DNA of 61,537 nt, filler included, from Diploschistes diacapsis (Eukaryota): the NCBI GenBank assembly GCA_023645945.1. It is 5 parts of 5 records of this genome, joined end to end, with 100 filler letters (N's around TTAATTAATTAA, not from the genome) between each part and the next. Parts side by side here need not be neighbours in the genome. Positions count along the whole stretch, not along the records: positions 12,356 to 24,591 come from JALAIB010000760.1; positions 24,692 to 36,918 come from JALAIB010000761.1; 3 more parts are not named here. The stretch is one strand, 5' to 3'. Numbering within the stretch: position 1 is the first letter of the stretch; every line of letters begins with the position of its first letter. Below, in pieces: positions 12,387 through 25,588 of this stretch. The notes beneath the pieces were generated by a model. The model saw only the letters and a list, made by a program, of their open reading frames with translations, searched no databases and was not told the origin of the DNA. The position numbers and the translations under genes were made by a program.

Positions 12387-14139
12387 AGGGGCGTGATAGA
12401 GGGGCCGATGTAGCCGACGGTGAGGGGCTTGGAGTAGTCGATATCGGTGGTGTTGCGGAGCCGTGAGCCGTTCGAGGGCAGGGACGACGCTGCGTAGTCG
12501 TAGAAGATTTGGAGCTGGTCCTCGTGAGTATCTGGAGATGGTGTGTGAGCTGCGTCTGCGATACAAGGGAGATTGGGGGGTTTGGATGGTAGTAAGCTCA
12601 CGGCCAAAGAAGACGCCCGCCACGGTTGCAGGCGAAAAGCGATTGATGATGCTCTGGAACAGTGCCGAGGGATTAGGCAGCGCATTGCTCCCATCGTATC
12701 CTGATAGTACATGCCCGATGACCCACGCGCGCTGACCCGCACTTTCGCAAGCCTGTAGCTGCTGCGCGAGCCAGGTCAATGTACCTGAATGATCTGGATT
12801 CGTGAAATTGAAGTAGTTGAAGGCGTTATCGACATACCAGAAGTCGGTATTGATGGAGATGATACGTAGACCCTCTTTGGTAGTGTGCGCGTAGCCGCCG
12901 TAGTGCGTCGACGCGTACTGGGACTCGCTGGCGGTGATCCATCCGTCGGACTGCCACATTGACGAGAGGAGGTCGTAGTTCCATGAGAAGATGTTGGTTG
13001 GGGCGAAGGAGTTGGGAGTGCTGAATGCTTCAGGGAAGGAGTCGTGGTTTCCAAGAGTGGGATAGATGGGAGTGCTCCCCATATTCGCTTTGAACGTCTC
13101 GTAAGTTACCTAGTAATGTCAAGCGCATCTTCTCAAAGGAATCCGGGAGGGCTCCAACCTTTTCTTCGTACTCAACATACGCACGGCTCAGCTGATCGGC
13201 GTTGTCGTGACTAACTATATCCCCGGTAAAAATCGTAAATGAAATGTTCTTACTGCCACCGAAGAACTTCTCCATCGACGAGAAGGACGACAAGGCGAGA
13301 TCGGGGGGAGAGTCGCAGTACAAGTATCCGAACCTGGATGCAGGTACCGACGGGTCTTGGATACTGGTGTTGAGCTTTGTGTTCGTGGAATACGGACGAC
13401 AGCAGAGATACTGGCTGCAGTTGGCTTCACTTCCAATGTCGAATCGAGGATCCAAATGCCAATCCGAAAGGTGAAGCACGTTTATACTCTCGCCAGAGGG
13501 CTCGGGAGCCTGGCTGGCATTTGCTGGCTTTGGGCTGAAGTACTGGCTCTCATCGATCTCAATTGTGGGGGGCGCGCTACAAGTATTCCATTGATAGAAG
13601 CACCAGGCCTGCATGTCCTGCGTCGCGTAGCTCATTTTCGAGTAGAGTTGCGCGTAGTACGGACCGAGTCCACCGATTCCGGAGTATTCTTCCTCGCACG
13701 TAGTGGCGTAGATGCTCCATTGGAGGACGTTGCAGAGCCGGATCAGCAAATTCGTGACGGTGCTAACGGGCTGCGTAATTGAGACGAGGTGTAGGATCTC
13801 CGTTCCTATTGTGCACTTATCACATTTGGAAAACGTGCTCGAGTTGCCAGTGATGGCGAGAAGTTCTTGAAAGTAGTTGTCCTCGATAGCAGACGTGCTA
13901 TTCAAGGGCGTGATGGGCGCCGGAATCGGCGAAGTCTCGTTATATGGCGGCACCGGTCCAGAGCCGTTGTAATACAGCTCTGGTCCTCCGTTTAGCGGAA
14001 AGGTCGTTGTAGGTTGCGGATTCAGCGCAGCTGGGTTGGTACCGTTGGTGCTCTGTCTCCTTCGATGCGATCCATGGGCGGAAACATCACCAGCAAGTAG
14101 CAGCAGCTGGGCGAGCCCAATGAGGCTAACAGCAAACAT
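12387..14139 (-). CDS. Secreted acid sphingomyelinase-like metallophosphoesterase (3'-truncated by contig end)
   Basis: Signal peptide MFAVSLIGLAQLLLLAGDVSA; Cys-rich saposin-like region; metallophosphoesterase motifs HLSDWHLD, FTGDIVSHD, LGNHD, IGH, G|HTHED across introns. Confidence 0.9.
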
Positions 14140-15018
14140 GATGAGGGTCAGAGTACACAATGCTTGCCCAGGCTTTGTGGCTATCACCCGATGCAAGAGC
14201 TTCAAGTCAATGTTCCTCAAGATTGGTACCATCAAGTATGCGGGTTAGTTGCGCTATATAGCTTCCTTTGTGCCTTCAATCAAACATCCGTCATTTCCTA
14301 TCATCATGCTCTACAAATCCACAAGTAGTGCGTTGAATCCAATACCCTAACCCCATAGCTGCAGAGCCTTTGAAGCTTCCCCTGTCAGCACCGAGTACAA
14401 CAATCAGGCGATCCCATTGCAGAGCCAATGACATGCCAAGATTGACCCCACGAGGTTGTACAGATACTTTTTATCCGTGGCAGGCATAGACAAGCTCGAT
14501 CCTTGAGTGCGGGACAACAGGGACGTAGCTCCAAAAGCTTGTGCATGCATCATGAAGTCTTCAAGAAACTAGGCCGCTTCAGGAAGGTAGATCCCCCACA
14601 AGTTGCTCCTCGCAAAGTTGGCAGGCTAGAAGCCCAAAAAGGCGTCTTAGACAACCTTGGTGTATAAAGCTTGCAGTATGAATAGACAAAAGACTGGAAC
14701 AACACCATCCCACCAAGCAGTCATCAAAGCCACCAAAATCCACCTGCCAAACTACCAGGGCCTACAGATTTCTCCATTGAGTCCCAATCGTAGTTGTTTG
14801 TATGCAATGGTTTCTGTCATTGTCCGTAATGGAGGACTGCAGTATAAAACGTAGGCGTGGCATTGAGGCTATCAAGTCGAAGGACACATCGAAAGATACT
14901 CCGATGTTCTTCGACGTTGTTCACAAAAGCTTCATACCGCCTGATGCATCCACAAATACAGATTTGTTTTCCAAATCTAGATCCAAGATTGGGGATGCTA
15001 TAGCCTGCAGCGCGCTAG

Positions 15019-15950
15019 TCACTGTCCATCAATCTTGGGCTCCATTAATCCATCCAAGACCCCAGTCTCTTTGATCTTTTCAAAGTCCGGTCTTGGTAGT
15101 TCGAAGGCCTGTGTCGTCCTTCCGTACGTGATTCCGCCAAAACGACTTATGGGTCTAAGGATGGACGGATCAATCATGTTCCTTTCTTCATTGACAGCAT
15201 CTTCACGCGCCCAGAACCGTGTTCCCTCGATGATTGCGAGAACGCCGGTTTTCTTCCCGGTTGCTCTGCTCTGAAATTCCTTCGTGTCGATGAGCTTGCC
15301 CTCTATGGCGAACACGGCTTCCTTCACGCGGGAAGCTTTGACAGTAGTGCAGTCGGCAGGATGAAGGCCGCTTATCGCCCATTCTGAGATGCCGTATGGT
15401 GAGTTAATGGACGTGTAGTTCGCTGCCTCAATGAAGTGCTCCGAAATAACGTTGATCACGCACTCGCCGGTTTCTTTGAGGTTCCGTAGCGAGTCCTTGG
15501 CATTGTCGAATCCGCCAGAATAGCCAATACAGAAAACTGGGGGATCATGGTTGACCACCGTGGTGTAACTGAAAGGCGCCAAATTGGTCGAATTGCCTAT
15601 CTCCTGTCAGCCCCCCGTTACAATAGCGACTGTGCATCAAACCTACCGTCCTTTGAGCGCGTGCTCACGAAGCCAATGAACCGCGGCGTTATCGCAGATA
15701 TCAAAAGCTTGTAGTTATATACCGCAGGTCTACCTTCTTCGTACGGGTCAATCTCGACATGGTTCTTTTTCAGGCATTCGCCTCCATCATTTGCTCCTTG
15801 ACCAGGTCTCCAGTCGGGGTTGACCGTTTTAGTAAAGGTTATTTCACCAGCGTTGAGGCTGTAGTCGGGTCGAGAGCTCTCGACTTTCTTAAAGTCTGGA
15901 TGCGGATTTCTCCTTACCTGTGGCTCTGCGTCCGCTTTCTCTGTCGCCAT
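15019..15950 (-). CDS. Flavin reductase-like FMN-binding protein (one intron)
   Basis: RNPHPDFKKVESSRPD..YKLLISAITPRFIGFVSTRSKDG|..NLAPFSY..KDSLRNLKETGECVINVISE..LRPISRFGGITY. Confidence 0.88.
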
Positions 15951-16776
15951 TGTTACGCTTCGAAGAGATCTAGAAGAACGTTGAGTACGGGAATAGCGTG
16001 AAAGAGTAAAGGGAAATGTAGCAATAGAAACATGCGGCTCTAATTCGTGATGCGGGAAGCATATGCCAAATTTCGAGATCCTAACTCTAAGAGAATGTAC
16101 AACATCTGCTTACCCTTTCTAGAGCATGAGATCCGGTATTTGAAATCAACGGTCTGTTTGTTGCGAAAGTGATCCGCTAAAAGACGTCATTGACCGAGAT
16201 TTGCACCACTGGTCCAGCAGTAGAAGATCGGGGTCTACACTAGCCTAATTTGGTCGCTGGCGTAATTACGTATAAAGCTCTCACCTTCTCGCTATAACAA
16301 TCATCATCTATATCCCATCCAATCTTAACAAAATATGTCGGATCCGAACCGAGCATTTTACGCGCCCAGACGTTATCCCCGACCATTTATGACTAACGAT
16401 GGATGGTGGTGGGGTGGCATCGGCCATGAAGCATTCGATAATTCCCAAGGAGGACGGGCGGTAAGGCACGATTCGATACGGCTGACTATAGAGAGTACTT
16501 CAACATACGTACGACACTGCTATCATTGCTTCGTAACTGCATGTAGCAAACCGATGACTGACAGCCTCTGGACAGTAATCTAGACGGCAAGGCTGAGCGG
16601 CAAGGCTCATCGAGGCATGAACCAAGACGGAACCAAGACGAGGCTGCATGGTTTATGTGGTGGGGAGGAAGGCGAACCGGAAGCAGCGTGCATCCCCCAG
16701 TATATATGCCTTCACTCAAACTCCATTATGAAGCAGCGACACTTGCATGGCTTTCAGCTCGTCTTAAACACCCGAC

Positions 16777-19575
16777 ATGTCCGACCCCAGCAGGTACACG
16801 GTCGGCTGGATCTGCGCCATCGCGACCGAGTTCGTCGTCGCAAAGGTAATGCTCGACGAGGCACATGATGGGCCAGAGCATGTCGCCACGAATGATAACA
16901 ACAGTTACGCGCTCGGCCGGGTCGGCAAGCATAATGTAACCATCGCTGTTCTCCCAGACGGCGAATACGGCACAAGTTCAGCAGCAGCGGTTGCGCGGGA
17001 CATGCTCCACAGTTTCCCCAATATCAGGATTGGCCTGATGGTCGGGATTGGCGGAGGAGCGCCGAATAAGAAGAACGACATCAGGCTCGGAGACGTTGTC
17101 GTCAGCTCGCCGCAGGGCGGCAAAGGAGGCGTGTTTCAGTATGACTTTGGCGGGACAATCCAAGAGCAGCGCTTTCAGACGACTGGCTTTCTCGATCAGC
17201 CGCCGATAGTGCTTCGGACGGCAGTCAATAATGTCAAGACCGCACACGAAATAGATGGGGCTCAGTTAGAGAATATCATTGATCATGCACTCGCGAAAAA
17301 CCCTCGGCTACGGAAGAAATATCAGCGGCAGGATGCTGACAGCGACCGGTTATATTACCCCGATATCGTGCACCCAGTCGGTGTGGTGGATTGTACGGGC
17401 CACTGCGACTACGAGCAGTCGAACTGGGTCCCGCGTCCGGCGAGGGGCGAATGCGACGACAATCCAGCCGTCCATTACGGGCTGATTGCGTCGGCAAACC
17501 AGCTCATGGGGGATGCCAAGGTACGCGACAGGCTCGCGGAAGATAAAGGAATACTCTGCTTCGAGATGGAGGCGGCAGGATTGATGAATCATTTTCCATG
17601 CCTGGTGATCCGTGGAATCTGCGACTATGCCGACTCGCACACGAACAAGGCATGGCAGGGCTATGCTGCGATGACAGCGGCTGCGTACGCGAAACAGCTG
17701 CTAGCAAAGATTGCACCGAACCGGCTGGAGGCCGAGAAAAAGATAAGCGATGCTGTTGCTTCTGGTTAGTCACAGCTTGCATGTAAATCGTTCGGGTAAT
17801 ATTAAATACATACAGTTGACGCCAAAGTTGAAGCTGTTAATACCTTGATCACCGATGTCAACACGTCTGTACAGAAGTCGAATTTGCGACAGCAAAACAA
17901 AGAAATCCAATACTGGCTTCGGCCGCCCGACCCTTGGACAAACTATCACAAGGCTCTCGGCCAACGACACCCGAGCTCTGGGTCGTGGCTTCTCCAGCAT
18001 AAATGCTTTCTCTCTTGGAAGGCTGGCGAAAGCTCATGCCTGTGGCTGCACGGAGTTTCGGGGTGTGGCAAGACGGTCCTTAGCTCGACAGTAATTGAAG
18101 CCCTAAGTATAAGCGGCAACGACCAGGCCGTTCTCCGCTTCTACTTCGATTTCAGCGATGAAACAAAACAGAAACTCGAGGACATGATCCGTTCTCTCAT
18201 AAGCCAGCTGGGGTTGTTACGAGATGACTGTCAGAAGCTGCTAGATGCCCTGTTCTTCTCTTGCGGCCACGGCTATCGGCAGCCATCGTATGGTGAGCTA
18301 CGTAATCTTCTCTTGACTATGCTCGAGAATGCCGGCGAGGTGTGGATTGTGATCGACGCTCTTGACGAGAGCACTAGTCGTAGAGGCGAGAGCAGCGAAA
18401 GCGTGTTGGCCTGGCTTCAAGAACTTCTCGGCACCAAAGAGATGGTCATTCACATAGTTGCCACAAGCCGACCGGAGCGAGATATCCAGAACGCAATGGA
18501 GAGAATGGGAGGATCTGTCCGAGGGCTCTGTATCCAAGCGGAGAATATTCAGCAAGACATTCGCTCGTACATACGCTCTCGACTGGAAACTGATCTCGAG
18601 CTCAAGAGGTGGCAAGCACAGAAGAAGGTACAGGACGAGATTGAGACGTCGGTTTTGCGTGAGGTAGACGGCATGTGGGTCTGATGCTTATCCTCGCCAC
18701 TATTTGGCTTACAAGATTGCAGGTTTCGTCTAGTGGCGTGCCGACTCGACATGCTCAGAGATTGCCGAAGTGAATATGAGCTTCGGCACGAGATCAGTCG
18801 TCTTCCTGAAACCTTAAATAATGTTTATCAGCGGATGTTACACAACATCCCGAAACACCGCCTGCCAGCTGCCATCAGAATCCTGCAGCTATTACTCTTT
18901 TCACCGAATCCTCTGGAGGTCAAAGAGCTCTCTCATGCTATTGCAGTAGAGACCGACGCGGAACCCTATTTGAACACAACCAAGTGTCTGGTTGATGCCA
19001 ACGACATTGCGCTGTATTGCTCTGGTCTTACCGTTCTCGTAAGGCCGAACGAAGAATCTGATTTGGGATTAGCAAGCCTTATTGAACCTAGGCATAGACC
19101 TGGACCGGTTCTCCAGCTGTCACATTTATCAGTCAAGGAATATTTGTGTTCAGATAAGATATCGCCGGATATCAAAGGATGTTTTCAGGAACGAGCCGCA
19201 AAGTCGACGTTGGCGGATGTTTGTATAAGCTATCTCCTCCACATCCAAGAGGACATTTCGGCCGATGCGATCAGACAAAGGTTCCCTTTTGCCCAGCACT
19301 GCGCAGAGCAATGGTACCACTACGGAGAGCCATCGAGGACGCAACCTGCCCAGCTGCGCGTGAAGATGATAGAACTGCTGAAGCAGGACACGACACATTG
19401 CGCGAATTGGATCCGCCTAACCCACAGTCATGGAGCTATTATGTCACAGTTTCGTCGCCATACTGAACCTGGACTGTGTGATACTCTTTTCTGCGCAAAA
19501 GCAGAAGCGGCGTCAATTCGCGCGGCGGAGAAGAAGGCAATACTCTTTAGGCTGTTTATAAATCGCCCGATATGA
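16777..19575 (+). CDS. Fungal NLR-like protein: PNP_UDP_1 (Pfs nucleoside phosphorylase) + NACHT + winged helix, no intact repeat domain
   Basis: [40 protein letters not shown] (PNP); HGVSGCGKT Walker A, IVIDALDE Walker [37 protein letters not shown]; introns at ~17765-17814 and ~18676-18722. Confidence 0.9.
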
Positions 19576-20738
19576 TGGCCAGGACGCTTTTTGTCTATGG
19601 CGCATCCGTTAATGAGTGGCGGATATTATGAGACAATCCTCTTCAGGCCTTTTTTTGTAGAGAGCGCGTGGAGACGGTGGCTCATGGAGCCGTAGACGAG
19701 ATGCAGACTTAATAACCAGATAAAGCCAAATACCGCCACAACAAATCTCCTGGCATTTAGATCGCCCTATATCCCGTATAGCCTCATATTGTTTTATGTC
19801 CAGTAACACGAAACTTTGTTGATATTGTTTTGACTTTAGATGTGTTATGGGCTAAGGCGATTTCAGGCAGACCCAGAACAGCCGACGGGGTAAGTTATGA
19901 CCGGCGCTATTCCTAACTAGGCAGATACCAGCTAGATTTCCCCAATTTAAGCCCCATTTTTGAAGCTTTGGAGATTGTTGTTGAAAGGCTTTTTAAAGAG
20001 TCGTCGCCGCGTCCATTGCTGCAGCCAGGCTTTAGCTGCATACAAAATATATGGAGATCATTGAATCAGCCCCTAAAGTTGGAAGAACTTGCCTAATTAG
20101 GCATAGCGGCGGCCACAAACCTATCGGATAAAAGTAAAAAGTAGAACCAACCCATCATCCATCGGTACAGACACGGCCCCCAGTAAATCAGCTTATTGAA
20201 CAAAAGCCATGAATTCAGCAGCCGTGCTGACCAGAGAAGTTATCGTTACGGGTCGTCCTGGCAGTGATCATGATTATGCAAATACAGCTCGAGAAAGGAA
20301 AAGCGAAAAGAAAACCCGCCACCCCGACGTCCCCCACGGGAGATAGATAAATAACGAGTAAGATTCTGTTAATTATATTGTTTGAAAAGGATTGGATATG
20401 GGCATTTAAGCATGCGATAGCTAAATCCCTTAGCGTGGGCAGCTGAAAAGCGATGTTGAATTGCTCTATAGAAGAAAAATGCAGGTGGCAATCAATCACC
20501 CGCGTACTGCATATCTTATCATAATTAACTCAGGTTAGATGCTGATGAATTCTCCGATTCATAGCATGTCTTCTCTGCCCATACCTAACTCGTTTTGTGG
20601 GACCTGTAGGACCAGCCAAGCGTCCTTCAAGATTCCGATATCCGGTACATCAGTACAAAAACAGATGCAAAGCCCACGCCGTAACCCAGACTATCCCTTC
20701 AAAAACCTCGCAGAGCCTTCTCGATACTCCGTCCGCAT

Positions 20739-22327
20739 CTACTTGTCCTCCAAAGCCCTCATAGCAGCCGCCATCTCCTCCTGACTCGGCATCCTCACGA
20801 CCATAAGGTAAATCACATCGGGATGCAGCACCCTCTTCACCACGTCTGTCGGCCTGTTGCCCTTCGTGATCTGCTTCGCCGCCCCCCTGATGCCGCCCTG
20901 GTTCTTTCTTCTATAGTCCAGTCTTTCCGCCCTTGCATCGCGCCTCATGCGCAAGCGACCGCCGAGCCTGCCCTCGGTGCCCGTGATGGCGCTTCGTAGA
21001 CCAGCGTTCTTGGGCGTATTGCCGGGATCGCCCTTCTGCGACTCGAACTGCGGGGCCTGCGTGACGGAGCCGATGGTCGAGCCTGGGTTGTCGGCTAGGT
21101 ACTGCGCCGTCGCCCGACGGTCGAAGTAATCGGCCGTAAACTCTTTTCCCCGCGCGAACCAGCCTTTCTTCTGCTCCTCGCTCGCCTGGTCGAGCCGGGG
21201 ATAGATCAAGGGCGCGGCAACGGGGATTTCGGCGTCGCCGTGGCTGAGGCCGTGGTGGGGCTTGAGCATCTTGAACTGTGTCTTCATCTTTTGCTGGAAG
21301 GATCGGTCGGCCGCTGCGTTGTCCGAGGCCCAAGCGGCTTTGGCGACGGTGGTAGTGAGGTCGACCGTTTGGACGACGTCGGCGGACTCCGGCTTCCAGG
21401 TCATGAGGAGGCAGTACATGCCTTGTGGAGCGAAGAAGCGGGCATTCATTGTGGCGAGGAAGGTGTTTGTTCTTGGGTTCAGGCACAAGGTTAGTAATTG
21501 GCATGCGTTCATCATGGCTAGCCTAGGCGCAGATGTAGGAAGATGACAAGGGACAGCCAAGCAGGCACGTACCGAGTCCTTTGGTAGCATTCTTTCGCGA
21601 TGCCATCCGCGACGCCTATCACCGTCGTGATGACTTGAAGTGTGACACTTGGGAACGCATTGCCGGCCATTGATACCACGCCCACAGCTCCGTTCACGAC
21701 ATCAAATACAGGGGAGTTCTACCAATAACATTTCAGCGAAGCCCTTGTATGGATGAAAGGAAAAAAAGGATAATTTGTTTATCCAGCAGCACGTACCTTT
21801 AGCGACTCGTGAAAATGATTCATGAACTCCATCCACGTAGCCTGGTCGATCCCACAGTTCTCCAAGATGGGCGCATACGCCATCACAAACCCCCGGTTCT
21901 TGTCGTGCGGTCTCCGCTGGGGAATGACGATGGGCATGGCCAGCCTTGCGCCCAGGGACTGGTTCCCTTGCAGCGGATGATATGATAGAAAATTGTTTGC
22001 AATAGCATCTACGCTTGCAGGAGCAGCCCAATTACCTTTTGGCATCTGCGCGCTTGCGGAGGGTTGGGACCTTCCTACGTCCGCGGCGGCATCATCGAGC
22101 TCCCATGCTTCTTCGTCGTTTTCGTATTCGAAATCGGCTGGATAATCCGGCCCATGGGAGTCCGAGGGGCATCCGGACGTGTATTCGTATCCTGGAGGAG
22201 GAATAGGCGCTTGATTGTGTGACTGCGGATTTGGCGAAGACGAACGGGATTTGTTCTTGTGGTGGGCATAGGCTTCGGCTCCGAGGCCCACGATGGGGTT
22301 GAGGAGCTTGTCAACGATACGAGGCAT
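20739..22327 (-). CDS. Conserved fungal protein of unknown function (PIVIPQRRP..RGF..YAP family; BuaE-like)
   Basis: MPRIVDKLLNPIVGLGAEAY; LAMPIVIPQRRPHDKNRGFVMAYAPILENCGIDQ; RTNTFLATMNARFFAPQGMYCLLMTWKP; DYFDRRATAQY; VIYLMVVRMPS; two introns. BuaE similarity is from recall only. Confidence 0.75.
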
Positions 22328-23061
22328 AATAAACAGGAAGCAATAATAGGAGAGAAGGGTAGCAAAGAACGGAACTAATACTTGCAACAAATGAAGTAAC
22401 TAATGTAAATATGAGACTATGAGCGAGTTTGAAGAAACGGTGGGTAAGGATATTTGTACTCAATTGAGTTTTTCTCAGGCGCTGACTTCTGAAACGAGCT
22501 GTAAAAAGACAATTTAGCTGCTCAAGCATCAGCGAGATCCTACAGAGCTTTGCCACAGCCTCAGGAAATAGGTGCAACAATATAGCGCACGTGGTGCAGA
22601 CTCCATCTTCGGGGACTTTTGAATCATGCAAGCCATTCAAGCTCTTGGACGGTTAGGTTGCATCGTTATTAACGAAAGGCATTGCAATACTCCGCACAGA
22701 CGTGTTAGAAAGATCAAAATATTGACTACTTGTTGTACATGGAACGATTGCTAAAAGTAAGTCAAGAGTGACTAAGAGGTAGCCGCACAAGATCTTCTAT
22801 TCAAGACTGCAGTATTCCCGAGCAAAACTGCAGCGATTAATGCTCTTTGGGCGATGAATGTTGGGATCCTTAGTCTGATACATCTTGATCCCTTGATGCT
22901 TTAAACCTTTAGGCTCCAGTGCCTGACATTTGGACAATGTGGCCTGCTATTCGTTCTCTTCACATTTGCTCTTTTCATCAACGCGCTTTTGGAATTATTG
23001 GCAAATCTGTAGCTTCGCGCTCCTACGGCAATGACGGTTGGAATTCATCGTTGTATGCATC

Positions 23062-24150
23062 TCAAGCATTGATGCCTTGGATTGCAGTCTCCACGGACTG
23101 GTCCTTTGTCGTGGCGGCCTGATTTTCGTGCTCATCCTGATTGTCACCTCCAAGCTTGCTCCTTTTTACCAACGCGTGCTTTCCATCGTCGGCGAAGGTA
23201 GGATCAACAGAACCTCCGTCACGAAGACGCTTGCGTCCGTTTGCTGGAACAATTGCCAGCGGCTTCTGCATGACATTATGGAGCTCAGCAAGGCCCGTCC
23301 TGACTTGCTGGACCTTTTCAAGATCTTGCCCGTATCGTCCCATCGACGATAGCACTTCGTCTCTTTCTTTATCACCCATGATTGCAACATTATTTATAAC
23401 AATGATCTTCATGCCAGATAGCTGAATGGCGCGGCGTGTGGATGCCCAGGGGACGTTGAAAGCTTTCGCATTTATGCGAACGGTATAGAGTTTACCAATG
23501 AGTTCAATTCCGTTTGTCCCTGCAGAAACATCTTGCAGCTTCTTCTTTAAATCCGCGAAAGCATCCCGAGTGTTAATAGCAATCCTGAACTGTATTATAG
23601 TCAGTATAATTCTGTTAGATGTACTATAATAATCCTACTGGCTTATCTTTGCGCCTTCCGTATCGCAGAGAGGTAAATAGACAGGCAATCCAGTAACGGC
23701 CGCTTTTCGTAGCATCCTCCTTTTGGGGTGGAATCAGTTGGGTGGTGCCGATGACAGGAGTATCCGCGACGACTTGAGCTTTGCAAAAGGCGCGATGAAG
23801 TCGATAAGCCTCTGGAAACTGCAATAGAGTCAATACTCCGTAACACACGGCACCGGGGGCACAGTACCCTATCTCTCATGGCAGCGGCAATACCTGAACC
23901 CCATTCGCCTTGACAGTTGCAAGCATCTAGAAGCACCGATCAACGTGGGTTTAACCCAGAAAGTAGAGGAACACTCACGAATCAAAACACTGTCCTGAGG
24001 TGCGTCGAAGATATTGCCAATGCGTTCAACTACCTCGCCAGGGTTCTCGTGTGATTGTGAGCTTTCGGCAGGAATAGATTGCTCGACTTGTCCAAATGTA
24101 TAAACATATGGAACAGATATCTCATTGCGCTTTGGATCTTTGGCAGACAT
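23062..24150 (-). CDS. POA1: Macrodomain ADP-ribose 1''-phosphate phosphatase, Poa1-like, with C-terminal extension
   Basis: VVERIGNIFDAPQDSVLI|HACNCQGEWGSGIAAAMRDR|FPEAY..IGTTQLIPP..YWIACLFTSLRYG..|..VRINAKAFNVPW, continuing in frame into ORF 23062-23412. Confidence 0.8.
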
Positions 24151-24591
24151 CCTGAAAATTATATCTACCGTATCCTTGATTTAACGGTGTTTATTTTGCT
24201 TTCACGTCCAGAGCGTAGATAGAATAGATAGAGCGCCGGGCAAGGACACCAGAACATAGATGGACTGAAATAGTCCACAGTATGGTTACAGCCATCTCGG
24301 ATGGATGGCTATGTTTGTTCGTGCGGTCTGGTCTGGTCTGCGTCTTTTTTGAACACTTGACCGTTGTTTTTGTGTTGAGCTGTAGAATGAAGGGATGTTC
24401 AAATGCACATAATAGTCTGAAGTGCTTCAGAAGCACCCGGCTCGGGTACGTACAGTCACGTGCCAAAAGTAATGGTCCCTACCTAAATTATAGTAGACAT
24501 CACCAACTTTGGAGATGCGATGCGCACCCAAATAATGTCCTACAAATGCGCTTTTTAGATCATTTTGATACCCTTTATTCGTAGTATCTAT

Positions 24592-24691
24592 NNNNNNNNN
24601 NNNNNNNNNNNNNNNNNNNNNNNNNNNNNNNNNNNTTAATTAATTAANNNNNNNNNNNNNNNNNNNNNNNNNNNNNNNNNNNNNNNNNNNN
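24592..24691. other. Artificial contig spacer
   Basis: N44-TTAATTAATTAA-N44. Confidence 0.98.
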
Positions 24692-25191
24692 GGGGGGGTG
24701 TGAGAGACGTTTCTTCCAAGGCTGAGATGGTACCAAAAGCTACCACTTCTGGATACATTTTTTGGGGCGGGGGTTCGGTACAGCCCGTGTTTAAACAGGC
24801 ATAGAAAGAGCAGCCAACGATAAGGCGAGGCACAATGGACTGGGGGCAAATTTTTACTGCACCCTGTTACTGGTTCATGGGTGCTTCGATCGAAGTTGAG
24901 GTCAAGTCCGGTCAGTTCTAGCTCATGGGCGAAAGACACGAAAAGCACAGTCCTGGGGTCGCTTCAAGGTCCCTCTGCAGATACTCTCCTTCATAGAATC
25001 CCTGCAGCGAATAAAAGATTCAATTGCCTCTTGAGACAACACAAGAATCTTCACGATATGCCGCTTCGCCCCTGTGCTTCGTTCTTCCAGCTTACAAAAT
25101 GACTAATGGTTGACAAACTGAGGATGATGTACTCTGAGAGAGAGGCAAACCAATTGTGTCTTCTTCTTGGTAGTACTCAACGACTTGCATA

Positions 25192-25377
25192 ACGTATTCC
25201 ACTAGTCAGTGACTAACACAAGTCAGTGACTCACTTGTATCTCTTATACAAAAATACATGTGATGGTACTTAATTGTCGCTCTCCACGTGATTATCACGT
25301 ACCATCAGATGTATTTTTGTATGAGAGGTACAAAGTGAGTCACTGACTTGTGTTAGTCACTGACTAGTGGAATACGT
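25192..25377. mobile_element. Fot1/pogo-type MITE A (186 bp, near-complete hairpin)
   Basis: TA|ACGT...ACGT|TA ends; 45-bp perfect TIR extending to ~78 bp with one indel and 3 mismatches; internal direct repeat CAC(T/A)AGTCAGTGACT in each TIR. Confidence 0.9.
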
Positions 25378-25379
25378 TA

Positions 25380-25588
25380 ACGTCTTTCCCCAGGAAACGG
25401 AACACCCCACGAAGCGGAACACAATCCCTGCATCTTCGTATAATGTAGTTGAAAACAGATTTAGTTTCGTACAAATAATTTTATGTGTGGTTGTGGGGCT
25501 CAAAAGCTCGCTTAAAACTATCTAGCCCAATTACATTATAATGTAGTGTTCCGCTTCGTGGGGTGTTCCGTTTCCTGGGGAAAGACGT
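25380..25588. mobile_element. Fot1/pogo-type MITE B (209 bp)
   Basis: 43-bp perfect TIR ACGTCTTTCCCCAGGAAACGGAACACCCCACGAAGCGGAACAC containing two 17-bp direct repeats; TA on both sides; related to the element at 53269. Confidence 0.92.

Noticed and set aside
12359..12411. Perfect 25-bp inverted repeat with 3-nt loop (terminator-like hairpin)
   Set aside because: Lies at the very start of a contig and one arm is ordinary coding sequence (YIGPSITP); most likely a fold-back library or assembly artefact.
15019..24150. Secondary-metabolite cluster suggested by the BuaE-like and flavin reductase genes
   Set aside because: No PKS, NRPS, terpene synthase or other backbone gene in the contig.
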